Positions 1-9,659 of a stretch of 64,000 nucleotides of DNA are shown piece after piece. The DNA is from Candidatus Hydrogenedens sp. GTDB taxonomy: Bacteria; Hydrogenedentota; Hydrogenedentia; Hydrogenedentales; Hydrogenedentaceae. The notes under the pieces are model-generated. The model was not told where the DNA came from. It did no database searches and was given only the letters and a program-made list of their open reading frames with translations. A program made the position numbers and the translations under genes. The stretch covers positions 32,001 through 96,000 of the forward strand of contig JBMFRC010000008.1 of the NCBI GenBank assembly GCA_049968235.1. The letters are read 5' to 3'. How positions within the stretch are numbered: position 1 is the first letter of the stretch; each line of letters begins with the position of its first letter.

Positions 1-37
1 ATACTATCTTCCTTTTATTTAGATTAAAGAATTTATT

Positions 38-1066
38 ATGGATATAAAACAATTCAAAAAAGTCTTGGCAAAAGAGGGACTACACACAAATTGTTTGCTT
101 TTTTGTCCTGCTGTTTCCGGTAGTAAAGAAAGTTTTGAACCCGTTCTAGCAGAAGAAGTAATTGAAGAATTAACAAAAAGTTTTATCCCGGAAGGAACCG
201 AATCCGTAGGATTACACACTTTTTATGGAGATGAAACTCGACTGGAAGAAATAGTGATGGAGTGTTCAACGCTTCCTTTTTTTTCTTCTCGTAAAGTGGT
301 CATCGTCCGCAAATTTGAACTGTTGGACCGTAGTGAAAAAAGCGATGTTAAATCCATTCGCCCCATGCTGAACTATCTCCAGAATCCATTGGACACTACC
401 TTATTACTGTGCGTGACAGAAACAGTAGATTCCCGCAAACCCTTATACAAAGCGTTTGCTTCAATTAATGGAGTAGTTGAGTGCCCAGCATTAAACAATA
501 ATGAATTGAACGAATGGATAAAACAATATTTATACAGCAAAAAAAAGAAAATTTCTCCCGACGGATTGGAAGAATTCGTATCAAGATGCGGCACAAAACT
601 GAGTGATATTCGGAATGCTTTAACTTTATTACTTGGTTTTGTAGGGGATAAAGATTCTATAACAATTAAAGATGTGCTGAATTCCTGTGCAGATGTTGCA
701 GAAGAGTCTATCTGGAGTTTGACAGATGCAATAGCCCTTGGCAATATGAAAATGTCCTGGCTCATACTTAATGATTTAATAAATCAAGGGAAAGAACCAC
801 CTGAAATTGTTTCGGTAATCCACTGGCTCCTCGAAAATGCATATAAAACGACAGAACTTTCCGAAGAAAAACCTCGAAGTAATTTTGTTATGAGTAAAGT
901 AACCCCCCTTGCACAGCGATTTGGAATTAAAAAATTAGTTACCGCAATGAACCTCTGCAATGAGACTACTTATGCAATGCGACAAACAGGAACTGATGAA
1001 AGAACCGCATTAGAATTGCTCGTTCTCAAACTTTCTTATATCCCACCGAAGCAAAAGATAAATTAA
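38..1066 (+). CDS. holA: DNA polymerase III delta subunit (HolA-like)
   Basis: 342 aa, typical HolA length. The N-terminal region contains FYGDE followed by LPFFSSRKVVIV, matching the HolA signature that follows the LLLYGEE block. Confidence 0.55.
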   Translation: MDIKQFKKVLAKEGLHTNCLLFCPAVSGSKESFEPVLAEEVIEELTKSFIPEGTESVGLHTFYGDETRLEEIVMECSTLPFFSSRKVVIVRKFELLDRSEKSDVKSIRPMLNYLQNPLDTTLLLCVTETVDSRKPLYKAFASINGVVECPALNNNELNEWIKQYLYSKKKKISPDGLEEFVSRCGTKLSDIRNALTLLLGFVGDKDSITIKDVLNSCADVAEESIWSLTDAIALGNMKMSWLILNDLINQGKEPPEIVSVIHWLLENAYKTTELSEEKPRSNFVMSKVTPLAQRFGIKKLVTAMNLCNETTYAMRQTGTDERTALELLVLKLSYIPPKQKIN

Positions 1067-1240
1067 AACCAATATTATCAAAGGGACTGTTTATTTTTCC
1101 GATATAATACAGATATCTTATCCGTGTTATATTCCCATTGGTGTAATTTTCTTTCCATCTTATTCATCCATCCATCCCATTTTTCTTTTTTTTAACTACC
1201 TTTGCATTAACAATCACAACACATTGCGGGATGATAGTTT

Positions 1241-3250
1241 TTACTCCTTTATTTTTTCATAGATAACAAAAAGAGCAGACGGTTTCTCTGGGAGTGTTAG
1301 TGGGACACCATATTCCATTAATTCTTTCCCTGTGAGCTCTAAAGGTTGTGCATTTTTATAAACTGGGGTGATACGGTATTTTGCTTTTAATTCCAAACCA
1401 TGTAAGGGCAATCTTATACTCTCTGTCTTGGCTTCCTCACGACGGAATGCTTGCACAACACCTGTACCTCTACTTGCTACATTAAATTGCCATGCTATCC
1501 ACACATTTTTTTCAAGTGAATACGGAGTCAACGGATAGTAATCTCCATAATAATTTTCAGCGTAAAGTTTTCGTTGTTCTATAATATTCACTAATCTTTG
1601 CCAATCTATGTCATCCCGTCTCTGGTCAAAACAGGCAGTAAAACTGGGACACAATACACTCATCACTTCATAGTCTGATATTTTAGAAGTCCCTGTGCCA
1701 AAAAACGGAAACCACTCGGACAATGCCCAGGTATGGCATTGATTCCCAGTAGGTTCCATAATATAATCACTTCGTAATAAAGGCACAGCTCGTCGTAAAG
1801 TTTCTAAATCATTTCGTCTACCACCACTGGCACAGGAATCTATCAACATATTAGGATGACGACGCAACAATTCATCCCAGTATGCGAAATAACCTTCCAC
1901 ATGCCGTATTTCGGTAATCCCCTGTCTATCCGGAGTATCATTCTTTCGCCAGAAATCCAGCGGGTCCATATTGAAATCCTGCCGGTATAAATCAATTCCC
2001 TCTTTTGTAAGGATACTGTCTATATGGTTTATTAGCCATTCTCTTACCTGTGCATCTCCAAGGTTCAATAATCCCCCTCCCTTCCCACCAAGAATCCACT
2101 CTGGATAATTTTCTGTAAGCCATGTCCCCGCATGCACGCGTTCTGGCTCAAACCATACAAGTATTTTGACCCCTTTGTTGTGGGCAAAATCGGAAATAGG
2201 TTTAAATCCTCCAGGGAATCGAGTTTGGTCAACTTCCCATGTCCCTGTTTTAGGCCATTGCCCGTCGCAGGGATACCACCCGGCATCCATCCACCAGTAG
2301 TCAAGAGAAAAACCCCGCTGAAGATATTTTTCAATAAACATTAATTGTGTATCAGTAGTAGCATTAACCATTTCGCCATATTGATGAGAACTGCATGCGA
2401 AAAGTATCGGGAGTTTTGGAGGGTTTCCATAAGGATGTGGCAAATTATGTGCAATCATCCATTGCCTCCATAGGTTCTGTCCGCGTTGCTTATCACCGGA
2501 ATAGAACAAAAGCACAACCATAGGTCCGCGAACTTCTTCTCCAGGATATAAAGTGAAATGAGTAAGTTCTTGACCTCCTTGAATAAATAAAACACCATCC
2601 TTATCCCGATAAAACCGACAGGACCACTGCCCTGCCCAACTGATAGCGAAAATCAGCCCCGCATTCTCTCTTTGAAAATTGAAATAAGGAAATGTTATCT
2701 GTGTTGGTCGTCCCCCTGTATTTGCAAGTTTTATTTCAGAATCCGTATTTATCGGTTCAATTATAGGTTCATAACTATCCGCAGTGCAGTTATCCCCTTT
2801 ATTCCGATGAAGGACAGTTCGCTGATTCTTAAACTCGGTAAATATGGTATCTATTGTTTTTAACTCTTGCAGTATAGGGGTATTTTTATCTCCACCGTTC
2901 TTATAGTAAGCAGTCCATTCAATTACAGGGAAGTGTAAATATTGAACAGCCTTATATCGCACAACCAAACCTGTTTTGGTATGGGTTAATTTCAAGGTAG
3001 AGGTTATTATATCATTCCCTTTGTCTGTTGTAATTTCCCGTGTCCATTCTTGTAAATCCTGATTTGCGGGGGTATCACCAATAAGCAATGAGCCAGGAAA
3101 TAAATCTGCAGACTGGGATACTTTCTCACCGAACCAGCGTTCGAAAATTGTGCTGGCTGATGATAATTCTTCCGGCAAAGGACTCGCTTGTGCATATAAT
3201 AAACAACTTAAACTCACCAGAAAGGCATGTAGAATAAATATTCTTTTCAT
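1241..3250 (-). CDS. secreted GH36-family alpha-galactosidase-like glycoside hydrolase
   Basis: N-terminal signal peptide. GH36-like blocks: DYWWMDAGWY (cf. DDGWF), ILVWFEPERV (cf. GLWFEPEMV), nucleophile region GIDLYRQDFNMD (cf. KWDMN), and acid/base region SCASGGRRND (cf. CSSGGGR). Confidence 0.65.
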   Translation of the reverse strand: MKRIFILHAFLVSLSCLLYAQASPLPEELSSASTIFERWFGEKVSQSADLFPGSLLIGDTPANQDLQEWTREITTDKGNDIITSTLKLTHTKTGLVVRYKAVQYLHFPVIEWTAYYKNGGDKNTPILQELKTIDTIFTEFKNQRTVLHRNKGDNCTADSYEPIIEPINTDSEIKLANTGGRPTQITFPYFNFQRENAGLIFAISWAGQWSCRFYRDKDGVLFIQGGQELTHFTLYPGEEVRGPMVVLLFYSGDKQRGQNLWRQWMIAHNLPHPYGNPPKLPILFACSSHQYGEMVNATTDTQLMFIEKYLQRGFSLDYWWMDAGWYPCDGQWPKTGTWEVDQTRFPGGFKPISDFAHNKGVKILVWFEPERVHAGTWLTENYPEWILGGKGGGLLNLGDAQVREWLINHIDSILTKEGIDLYRQDFNMDPLDFWRKNDTPDRQGITEIRHVEGYFAYWDELLRRHPNMLIDSCASGGRRNDLETLRRAVPLLRSDYIMEPTGNQCHTWALSEWFPFFGTGTSKISDYEVMSVLCPSFTACFDQRRDDIDWQRLVNIIEQRKLYAENYYGDYYPLTPYSLEKNVWIAWQFNVASRGTGVVQAFRREEAKTESIRLPLHGLELKAKYRITPVYKNAQPLELTGKELMEYGVPLTLPEKPSALFVIYEKIKE

Positions 3251-3290
3251 ATAAAAGCATCCCTTTTTTCAGAATTTTTTGTCCATCGAT

Positions 3291-4178
3291 TTAGTTGTCA
3301 AATTGAATATCGTTGGTAATTTCGATGAGAAATTCTACATCCTGTTTTAGTATCTCCCTTTTGTGAATAGGATCAGAGAAATTTCCCAGAGACTCATCTT
3401 CAATACATAGAACACCATCATAATTGGATTTTTTTAGTTCTGTTAATATCGTTTCTATATTTATATCCCCTTTAAATATGGGACAAACATAGGTAGCATA
3501 TTCCCAGCCTATTTCACGATAAATTTCTTGTGCGGTTTTTGGATAGGCAATATTTTTAATATGTGTGTGCTTTGCATAAGGAGCAAGCAATTTTAATATT
3601 GCTTCCGTTTCGGATAAAGGGTAACCTCGCCAGTAAAAATTCCCCAAATCTAAGGTTAACCCCAAACGAGGGTCACCAACGGTGTGAACAACAGATAAAA
3701 GAAAAATTGGATTATTCCCTTCTTTTCCATGGTTTTCAATACCTAATCGAATAGAGATGTTCTCTATTTCAGAGAACAGTTCCGAAATAATATTGGAAAA
3801 TAATTCAACTTTTTCTCCAAAGGAATATAAATGTTCTTGCTGAAGGGATGAATCTATACGGATAACTTTACTTCCCAATGTGTAAGCAATATTTACTGCA
3901 TTTTTAAACCAGTCTATAGATTGTTCCTTCGTATGCATACTTACATCAAAATCTGTAAGTAATGCTGATACAAAAACTTTTTTTTCTTGTAACTCTTTTT
4001 TATATTTAAATAATTGCTCTTCCGATTTTATTGAAACCTTGTGGCTTGAATTTAAAGAGTATGATTGAAAATCATTGTTTAAATGTAATTCAAACTGATT
4101 AAGTTTTAAATAATTAAGTCCCTCTATAATAGATGAAAATACTTCCAATAAGATTTCATCACGAATAGCAATATTCAT
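3291..4178 (-). CDS. sugar phosphate isomerase/epimerase (xylose isomerase-like TIM barrel)
   Basis: 295 aa. Contains GIENHG, HTHIKN and LCIEDE blocks consistent with AP-endonuclease-2/xylose-isomerase-like TIM barrels. Overlaps the upstream gene by 4 nt (ATGA). Confidence 0.45.
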   Translation of the reverse strand: MNIAIRDEILLEVFSSIIEGLNYLKLNQFELHLNNDFQSYSLNSSHKVSIKSEEQLFKYKKELQEKKVFVSALLTDFDVSMHTKEQSIDWFKNAVNIAYTLGSKVIRIDSSLQQEHLYSFGEKVELFSNIISELFSEIENISIRLGIENHGKEGNNPIFLLSVVHTVGDPRLGLTLDLGNFYWRGYPLSETEAILKLLAPYAKHTHIKNIAYPKTAQEIYREIGWEYATYVCPIFKGDINIETILTELKKSNYDGVLCIEDESLGNFSDPIHKREILKQDVEFLIEITNDIQFDN

Positions 4179-4840
4179 CCGGTATCTCCTCCATTTGTTT
4201 TTGATGCTACCGCTAAAAATTTTTTAATAAGAAAAACCCTATATTCTTCGTGTGATAAAGGTCCTATATGATACCTATTAACATGCACAAAACCATCCTC
4301 ACTTAATGGGAAGGAGTCTGCCGAATCTATTTCAATAGGTGATAGGACACGAACAAGAAATGAGGAATTATTCAAAATAGTTGCTACTGAAGAAGGGGTA
4401 AAGAAATGCAGTCGGGTTTTACTTTCTTCAAGGGTGTCATCCCATGTTCCCTGAAGCAATTTCAACACATGTCGGTAGTATTGCACATTGGGTTCTGCAG
4501 TTATAAGGATACCGTCATTTATTAAAACACGGTTGAGTTCATTAATCGTTTGTGCCAGATTAAAACAGTCCGAAAGAATATTTTCTCCGATAACAAGCGT
4601 GAATGAATTATTTTCAAATGGGAGTTCTTCTCTACCCAATGTTATATGATACAGGCAGTTAAACTGGTCTTCACAAGGAACATTTTGAGTATCATCAGTT
4701 ATTATCCCTTTAAGAGAAGATCCCTGTTTCTGCTTTACCTGTAAAATAAATTTCTCGTCAAAAAAATTAATTGTTAAAACTCTGGAAAAGATATTGGCCA
4801 ATAAATGAATAATTTCGTCTTTCAGAACATTTTCTATCAT
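4175..4840 (-). CDS. hypothetical protein, methyltransferase-like C-terminal region
   Basis: 221 aa. Has a LVIGENILSDCF...LNRVLINDGILITAEPN block resembling motifs II/III of class I SAM methyltransferases, but no glycine-rich motif I. Translationally coupled between ald and the TIM-barrel gene. Confidence 0.3.
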   Translation of the reverse strand: MIENVLKDEIIHLLANIFSRVLTINFFDEKFILQVKQKQGSSLKGIITDDTQNVPCEDQFNCLYHITLGREELPFENNSFTLVIGENILSDCFNLAQTINELNRVLINDGILITAEPNVQYYRHVLKLLQGTWDDTLEESKTRLHFFTPSSVATILNNSSFLVRVLSPIEIDSADSFPLSEDGFVHVNRYHIGPLSHEEYRVFLIKKFLAVASKTNGGDTG

Positions 4841-4846
4841 TGTATT

Positions 4847-5959
4847 TTAGGGTCTTTCAGGAATTTCTTCCCAATTCATCTTAAATGCTTCTGCAACTGC
4901 TTTATAAGTAATTTTACCTTTGTATAAGTTTACACCTTTACGAAGTGCTTTGTCATGTGCAATTGCTTTATCAATGCCCATATCCGCAATCATCAAGCCA
5001 TAACCCAATGTAACATTGGTTAACGCATAAGTAGAAGTTCGGGGAACAGCACCGGGCATGTTGGTAACACAGTAATGAATGACATCATTGACACGATAAG
5101 TAGGATTATCATGGGTAGTGGGCTTTGAAGTTTCAATACATCCTCCCTGGTCAATTGCAATATCAACAATAGCAGAATTGGGTTTCATATTTTTTATCAT
5201 ATCTTTTGTAACCAGACGAGGTGCTTTAGCACCCGGAACCAGTACAGAACCAATCAACAAATCCCCCTGAGATACTTCTTCCGCAATATTAGCACGATTA
5301 GACATTAAAGTTGTCAGACGTCCCTGCATAATGTCTTGCATATATCTTAATCGTGCAGGATTAATATCAATAACCGTTACATGAGCGCCCATCCCTACTG
5401 CGATAGTGCAGGCATTGGAACCTGCTACACCGGCTCCTAGTATGACAACTTTTGCTGGTTTTACACCAGAAACACCGCCTAACAAAACCCCCATACCTCC
5501 ATAAGTGGCTTCCAAACAACGAGCCCCTATTTGAACGGATAAACGACCCGCAACTTCACTCATAGGTGTCAATAATGGAAGAGAACCATCATCCAATTGT
5601 ATGGTTTCGTATGCTACACCAATTATCTGTTGTTTTAATAATCCACGCGTTAATGCTTCATTCGATGCCAGATGAAGATAGGTATATAAAATCTGTCCCG
5701 GTCTGCATAGTTTTATTTCGTTTTCCAGAGGTTCTTTTACTTTGATTATCATGTCCGCCTGTTCCCAGATTTGTTTTGCAGATGAAATAATTTTTGCTCC
5801 GACATCACGATAATTTTCATCTAAAATTCCACTCCCCAATCCAGCCCCTTTTTCCACAAGGACGGTATGCCCATGTGCAATAAAAGCAGAAACTCCCGAA
5901 GGCACAATACCTACTCTTTTTTCACCCGGCTTAATTTCTTTTGGTACTCCAATAATCAT
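4847..5959 (-). CDS. ald: alanine dehydrogenase
   Basis: 370 aa. N-terminus MIIGVPKEIKPGEKRVGIVP, Rossmann motif VVILGAGVAG, canonical Ald length. Confidence 0.9.
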   Translation of the reverse strand: MIIGVPKEIKPGEKRVGIVPSGVSAFIAHGHTVLVEKGAGLGSGILDENYRDVGAKIISSAKQIWEQADMIIKVKEPLENEIKLCRPGQILYTYLHLASNEALTRGLLKQQIIGVAYETIQLDDGSLPLLTPMSEVAGRLSVQIGARCLEATYGGMGVLLGGVSGVKPAKVVILGAGVAGSNACTIAVGMGAHVTVIDINPARLRYMQDIMQGRLTTLMSNRANIAEEVSQGDLLIGSVLVPGAKAPRLVTKDMIKNMKPNSAIVDIAIDQGGCIETSKPTTHDNPTYRVNDVIHYCVTNMPGAVPRTSTYALTNVTLGYGLMIADMGIDKAIAHDKALRKGVNLYKGKITYKAVAEAFKMNWEEIPERP

Positions 5960-6081
5960 ATATCGATACTCCTTTCATCTTCTTGTTAATAAAAAACTAT
6001 AAAAAATTATATTGTACTTTTATTTGTTATTCATATTATTGGTTTTTATCATGAAATTCAAGTTTAAATGTAGGTCATTTT

Positions 6082-6522
6082 TCAATTCTCTCTTAAAAAA
6101 ATAGCAATATCATAGATTTCTTTCCGTTTCAGGTCTTGTGCGTGAAGTGGGAAGGGGCAAATAATCAAGTCCATATATCCGCGAAAACCGAACCAGATAG
6201 ATTTTCTTTTGTAATAAAAAGGTAAAGAAGGATGAAGAAAAATAAATCGTGAGAGAAAAGTTTCGTAATTACCGTTCCAATCTTTTTGAATTTTTTTATA
6301 GTCCTCCGGGTCCTGATATTTCCAGATAACATAATCTTCAAAATAATATTTAGATACCTCACCCAATAAAGAGTCCCGTGAAAAAACAAGTTTTCGATAC
6401 ATTCCCTGCATATTTCCCATATTCCATGGAACAAATTGTTCCGAATGTATTAGTTTCGTTCTAACAATCAAATTATATAAATCAATAGTTTTAACTTGTG
6501 TTTCTTTATCATTTGTGGACAT
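6082..6522 (-). CDS. hypothetical protein (aromatic-rich, 146 aa), last gene of the pilT–TCS operon
   Basis: ORF only; no motif recognised. Lies 27 nt downstream of the response-regulator gene on the same strand. Confidence 0.3.
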   Translation of the reverse strand: MSTNDKETQVKTIDLYNLIVRTKLIHSEQFVPWNMGNMQGMYRKLVFSRDSLLGEVSKYYFEDYVIWKYQDPEDYKKIQKDWNGNYETFLSRFIFLHPSLPFYYKRKSIWFGFRGYMDLIICPFPLHAQDLKRKEIYDIAIFLREN

Positions 6523-6549
6523 GTATTATTGAATAGGTTTCCTTTTTTC

Positions 6550-8016
6550 TTATTTGGATGTATAGTTATTGTCGTCTTCTTTATCAAGGATTTCATTCGT
6601 ATCGTTAGTTAATCCATATTTTTGAAGTCGGTAACGCAAAGAGCGGGGAGTTAAACCGAGAATTTTTGCAGATTTCTTCTGAGAATATCTTGTATATATC
6701 AGAGCCTGCTCTATCAATCCTCGTTCTATTTTTTCAATAAATTTTTCCAAATCGAGCCCTTCAGGGGGTAATTTAATCTGCCCAATATTATCTATTTCTA
6801 CTTGTTGATTTGTTTTATTAACAATGGTCTGTTTTAATGAATCGGGGATATGGGTTAAATTAATTTCCGTTTCATAACATAAAGCAAGAATTCGTTCGAT
6901 GAAATTAGAAAGTTCACGAATATTCCCGGGCCAGGAATAGTTCAAGAAGAGTTCGATAACATTGGGAGCGATTTTAGGGGTTGGAAGACCCATTCTCGAA
7001 GAGTGCATTTTAAGAAAATGATTTATCAAAAGAGGAATATCTTCTTTTCGTTCGCGTAAAGGAGGGACAGTAATTGGAATGACATTGAGACGGAAAAATA
7101 GGTCCTGACGAAATAATCCTTTATTTATCATCTCTTCTAAATTTCTATTTGTAGCAGAAATAATGCGTATGTCTACTTTTATTTCTTTTGTTCCACCTAC
7201 AGGTGTAACAACATTATTATCTAAAACGCGTAAAAGTCGGGCTTGTAAGTTCATAGGCATTTCACCAATTTCATCGAGGAACACCGTTCCCCCATTGGCA
7301 ACAACCAATAACCCTTCTTTATCCTCTATTGCCCCTGTAAAGGCACCGCGTTTATATCCAAACAATTCGCTTTCTAATAATGTCTCGGGTATCGAAGCAC
7401 AATTTATCGCAAGAAAAGGTTTATCCGCACGAGGACTTAATCGATGTATTCCGCGCGCTATTAATTCTTTACCGGAACCACTTTCACCATAAATAATGAC
7501 CGTACTTGGTAATTGTGCTACTCGAGATATTGTCTCTCGAATTTTTTTTATGGCGGAACTCGTCCCGATAATTTCTTCAAAGGATTGTAATAAAGCGCGT
7601 TCTGTTCGTAAGGCTTCATTTTCTCGTAGCAAATGATGTTGTTCGATAGCCTTCTGGACACGCAAACAGACTTCCTCATTACTTTTGAATGGTTTCTGAA
7701 TATAATCGGTGGCTCCTGCCTGCATTGCTTCTATTGCGTTTTCAACACTGCCATATGCGGTAACCATTATAGTAGGCAATCCGGGAATATTTTCTTTTAC
7801 CCATTTTAATATTTCCATTCCAGCAAGGGGATTATTATTCATTACCAGGTCCGTCACAACAGCATCAAAAGGTTGCTCCTTTAATATTCGGATAGATTCT
7901 TCCAAACTTTCCGCTGTTTGACATAGAAAGCCACCTCTTTCAAGGATGATAGCAATAACTTCTCGCATACTCTCTTCATCATCTATTATCAGAACACGAA
8001 ATTTATTTGTTGCCAT
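6550..8016 (-). CDS. sigma54-dependent response regulator (NtrC/PilR family)
   Basis: Receiver domain (LIIDDE...D). AAA+ sigma54-activator domain with Walker A GESGSGKE and a GAFTGA loop. C-terminal Fis-type HTH. Confidence 0.88.
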   Translation of the reverse strand: MATNKFRVLIIDDEESMREVIAIILERGGFLCQTAESLEESIRILKEQPFDAVVTDLVMNNNPLAGMEILKWVKENIPGLPTIMVTAYGSVENAIEAMQAGATDYIQKPFKSNEEVCLRVQKAIEQHHLLRENEALRTERALLQSFEEIIGTSSAIKKIRETISRVAQLPSTVIIYGESGSGKELIARGIHRLSPRADKPFLAINCASIPETLLESELFGYKRGAFTGAIEDKEGLLVVANGGTVFLDEIGEMPMNLQARLLRVLDNNVVTPVGGTKEIKVDIRIISATNRNLEEMINKGLFRQDLFFRLNVIPITVPPLRERKEDIPLLINHFLKMHSSRMGLPTPKIAPNVIELFLNYSWPGNIRELSNFIERILALCYETEINLTHIPDSLKQTIVNKTNQQVEIDNIGQIKLPPEGLDLEKFIEKIERGLIEQALIYTRYSQKKSAKILGLTPRSLRYRLQKYGLTNDTNEILDKEDDNNYTSK

Positions 8017-8057
8017 CCCACCTATCCTTCGTTATTATTGTATTCTACAACAAACTA

Positions 8058-9659
8058 TCATCTATGTTTCCCTATATATCGAGGAAGTCGCACAATCATC
8101 GTGGTTCCTCTTTTCAAGTTGGATGCTACATGAATGGTTCCATCATGGGCGGATATAATACGAAGACTTATCGTTAAACCCATACCAATGCCATGTTTTT
8201 TCTCTGTATAAAAGGGGTCAAAAATACGCGTGATTTTGTCCGGTGAGATTCCTGTTCCTTCATCTTTGAAATGTATTTCAACAGGTCCTTTCTCTTCTTT
8301 TCCTGTTAAAAGGATAGTTAAGTTTCCCCCATCCGGCATTGCATCAATAGCATTCTGTGCTAAATTCTGGAATACAAGGAAAATTTGTTCCGCATCACCC
8401 TTAATTTTACACTCTTTGGCTTGAGGTTCAATTATCAGTTCTACTTTATGCCCTTTATCCTGAGGGATATTTTTTTGAAATTGTTCTACAAATCGAGTTA
8501 ACAGCTCCGTTAGACTTATGATTTCTTTATTTTGAGAAGGTTCACGAGCAAAATTCAAAAAGGAGGTAATAATATAGTTCAATCGGTCACATTCCCGTAT
8601 CGCTATGGAAGACAATCGATTGAGTTTATCTGTATTATCCATGTTTTTGGGTATTTCCGCTACAGCACCGCGTATAGAAGCCACGGGATTTCGTATTTCA
8701 TGGGCTAAACTTGCTAATTGTTCACCAATAGCCACAAGTCGGTCATGCCGTCGCAAGTCCTGACGGATCTGGTCCAATTCACTCAGGTCAGAACAGGATG
8801 CAATGAGTGCTATTACTCGCCCTTTTGCATCTAATAATCGATTGGTAGTTAGTCCAATTAACTTTTGTTTTCCGCTGGGTGTATATATATAAAATTCATA
8901 ACTGGAAAAGTCACGGTTTAATCGTAATGCAGTCGTAATTGGACATTCAAACTCAGAGACTGTTTTAATTAGTCCTTCTACATGTTTACCTACAATGCCT
9001 TGCTCATCTACCTCAAAAATCCGACAACCAGCTTGGTTTAAACTTCGGACAATTCCATTGGCATCTGTAATAAGGAAACCACTGTTCATGTTGTTTAATA
9101 TATCTTGTTGGAACTGTTTCAGGATAGAAACTCGTTGATTCCAATAACCACTGATAAAACCTGTAAATGTAAAGGACATTGCCTGGATTAAAAATGAATA
9201 CCAATATTGTATCGATGCCAAACTTGATTTGTTTTCTAATGCGAATTGAGAACCCATAAACACAGTTGAAAATATGGCAAAAAGAAATCCTTGATAAATT
9301 CCTAATAGAAAACCTGCTTCCATAATAACGATAACAAGTAAAAAAGTAAAGGAACTGGCATATCCCTCTGTGATACCAATCGTGGCACAGACAATACCAA
9401 AATCAACAAACATCTGAGCCCATAACAGGAAATTAAGTCGCTGTGAACCTTTATACAGTTCATACAAATGCCAGATACTTAATATCAAAGCAATAACATA
9501 AATGGGAAAAAAGAAATAAAAGAAAGAACCATAAAGGTAGAGATAAAATCCTGCGGTAACCAAAAATAAGACAAAAATTCTACCTATACCGACAATCCAT
9601 AACCAGTGAACAGGTCCTTCATAAGTTGTTTTTGTAAGAGAAAAATTACGGGATTTCAC
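8058..9659 (-). CDS. membrane sensor histidine kinase (PilS-like)
   Basis: N-terminal multi-TM region. PAS-like segment. HisKA H-box LAHEIRNP. HATPase blocks N (QNAIDA), G1 (DEGTGI) and G2 (GMGLT). Overlaps the pilT stop by 4 nt. Confidence 0.8.
   Translation of the reverse strand: MKSRNFSLTKTTYEGPVHWLWIVGIGRIFVLFLVTAGFYLYLYGSFFYFFFPIYVIALILSIWHLYELYKGSQRLNFLLWAQMFVDFGIVCATIGITEGYASSFTFLLVIVIMEAGFLLGIYQGFLFAIFSTVFMGSQFALENKSSLASIQYWYSFLIQAMSFTFTGFISGYWNQRVSILKQFQQDILNNMNSGFLITDANGIVRSLNQAGCRIFEVDEQGIVGKHVEGLIKTVSEFECPITTALRLNRDFSSYEFYIYTPSGKQKLIGLTTNRLLDAKGRVIALIASCSDLSELDQIRQDLRRHDRLVAIGEQLASLAHEIRNPVASIRGAVAEIPKNMDNTDKLNRLSSIAIRECDRLNYIITSFLNFAREPSQNKEIISLTELLTRFVEQFQKNIPQDKGHKVELIIEPQAKECKIKGDAEQIFLVFQNLAQNAIDAMPDGGNLTILLTGKEEKGPVEIHFKDEGTGISPDKITRIFDPFYTEKKHGIGMGLTISLRIISAHDGTIHVASNLKRGTTMIVRLPRYIGKHR

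Noticed and set aside
373-765. 130-aa antisense ORF inside holA, and many similar 60–137-aa antisense ORFs inside glgP, the Nuo-like genes, flagellins and others
   Set aside because: All are embedded opposite well-supported long CDSs and lack RBS or motifs. They are typical shadow ORFs.
6165-6434. 89-aa ORF overlapping the 146-aa hypothetical in another frame
   Set aside because: It is fully nested in the longer ORF on the same strand and is the shorter and less plausible of the two. I kept the longer ORF with low confidence.
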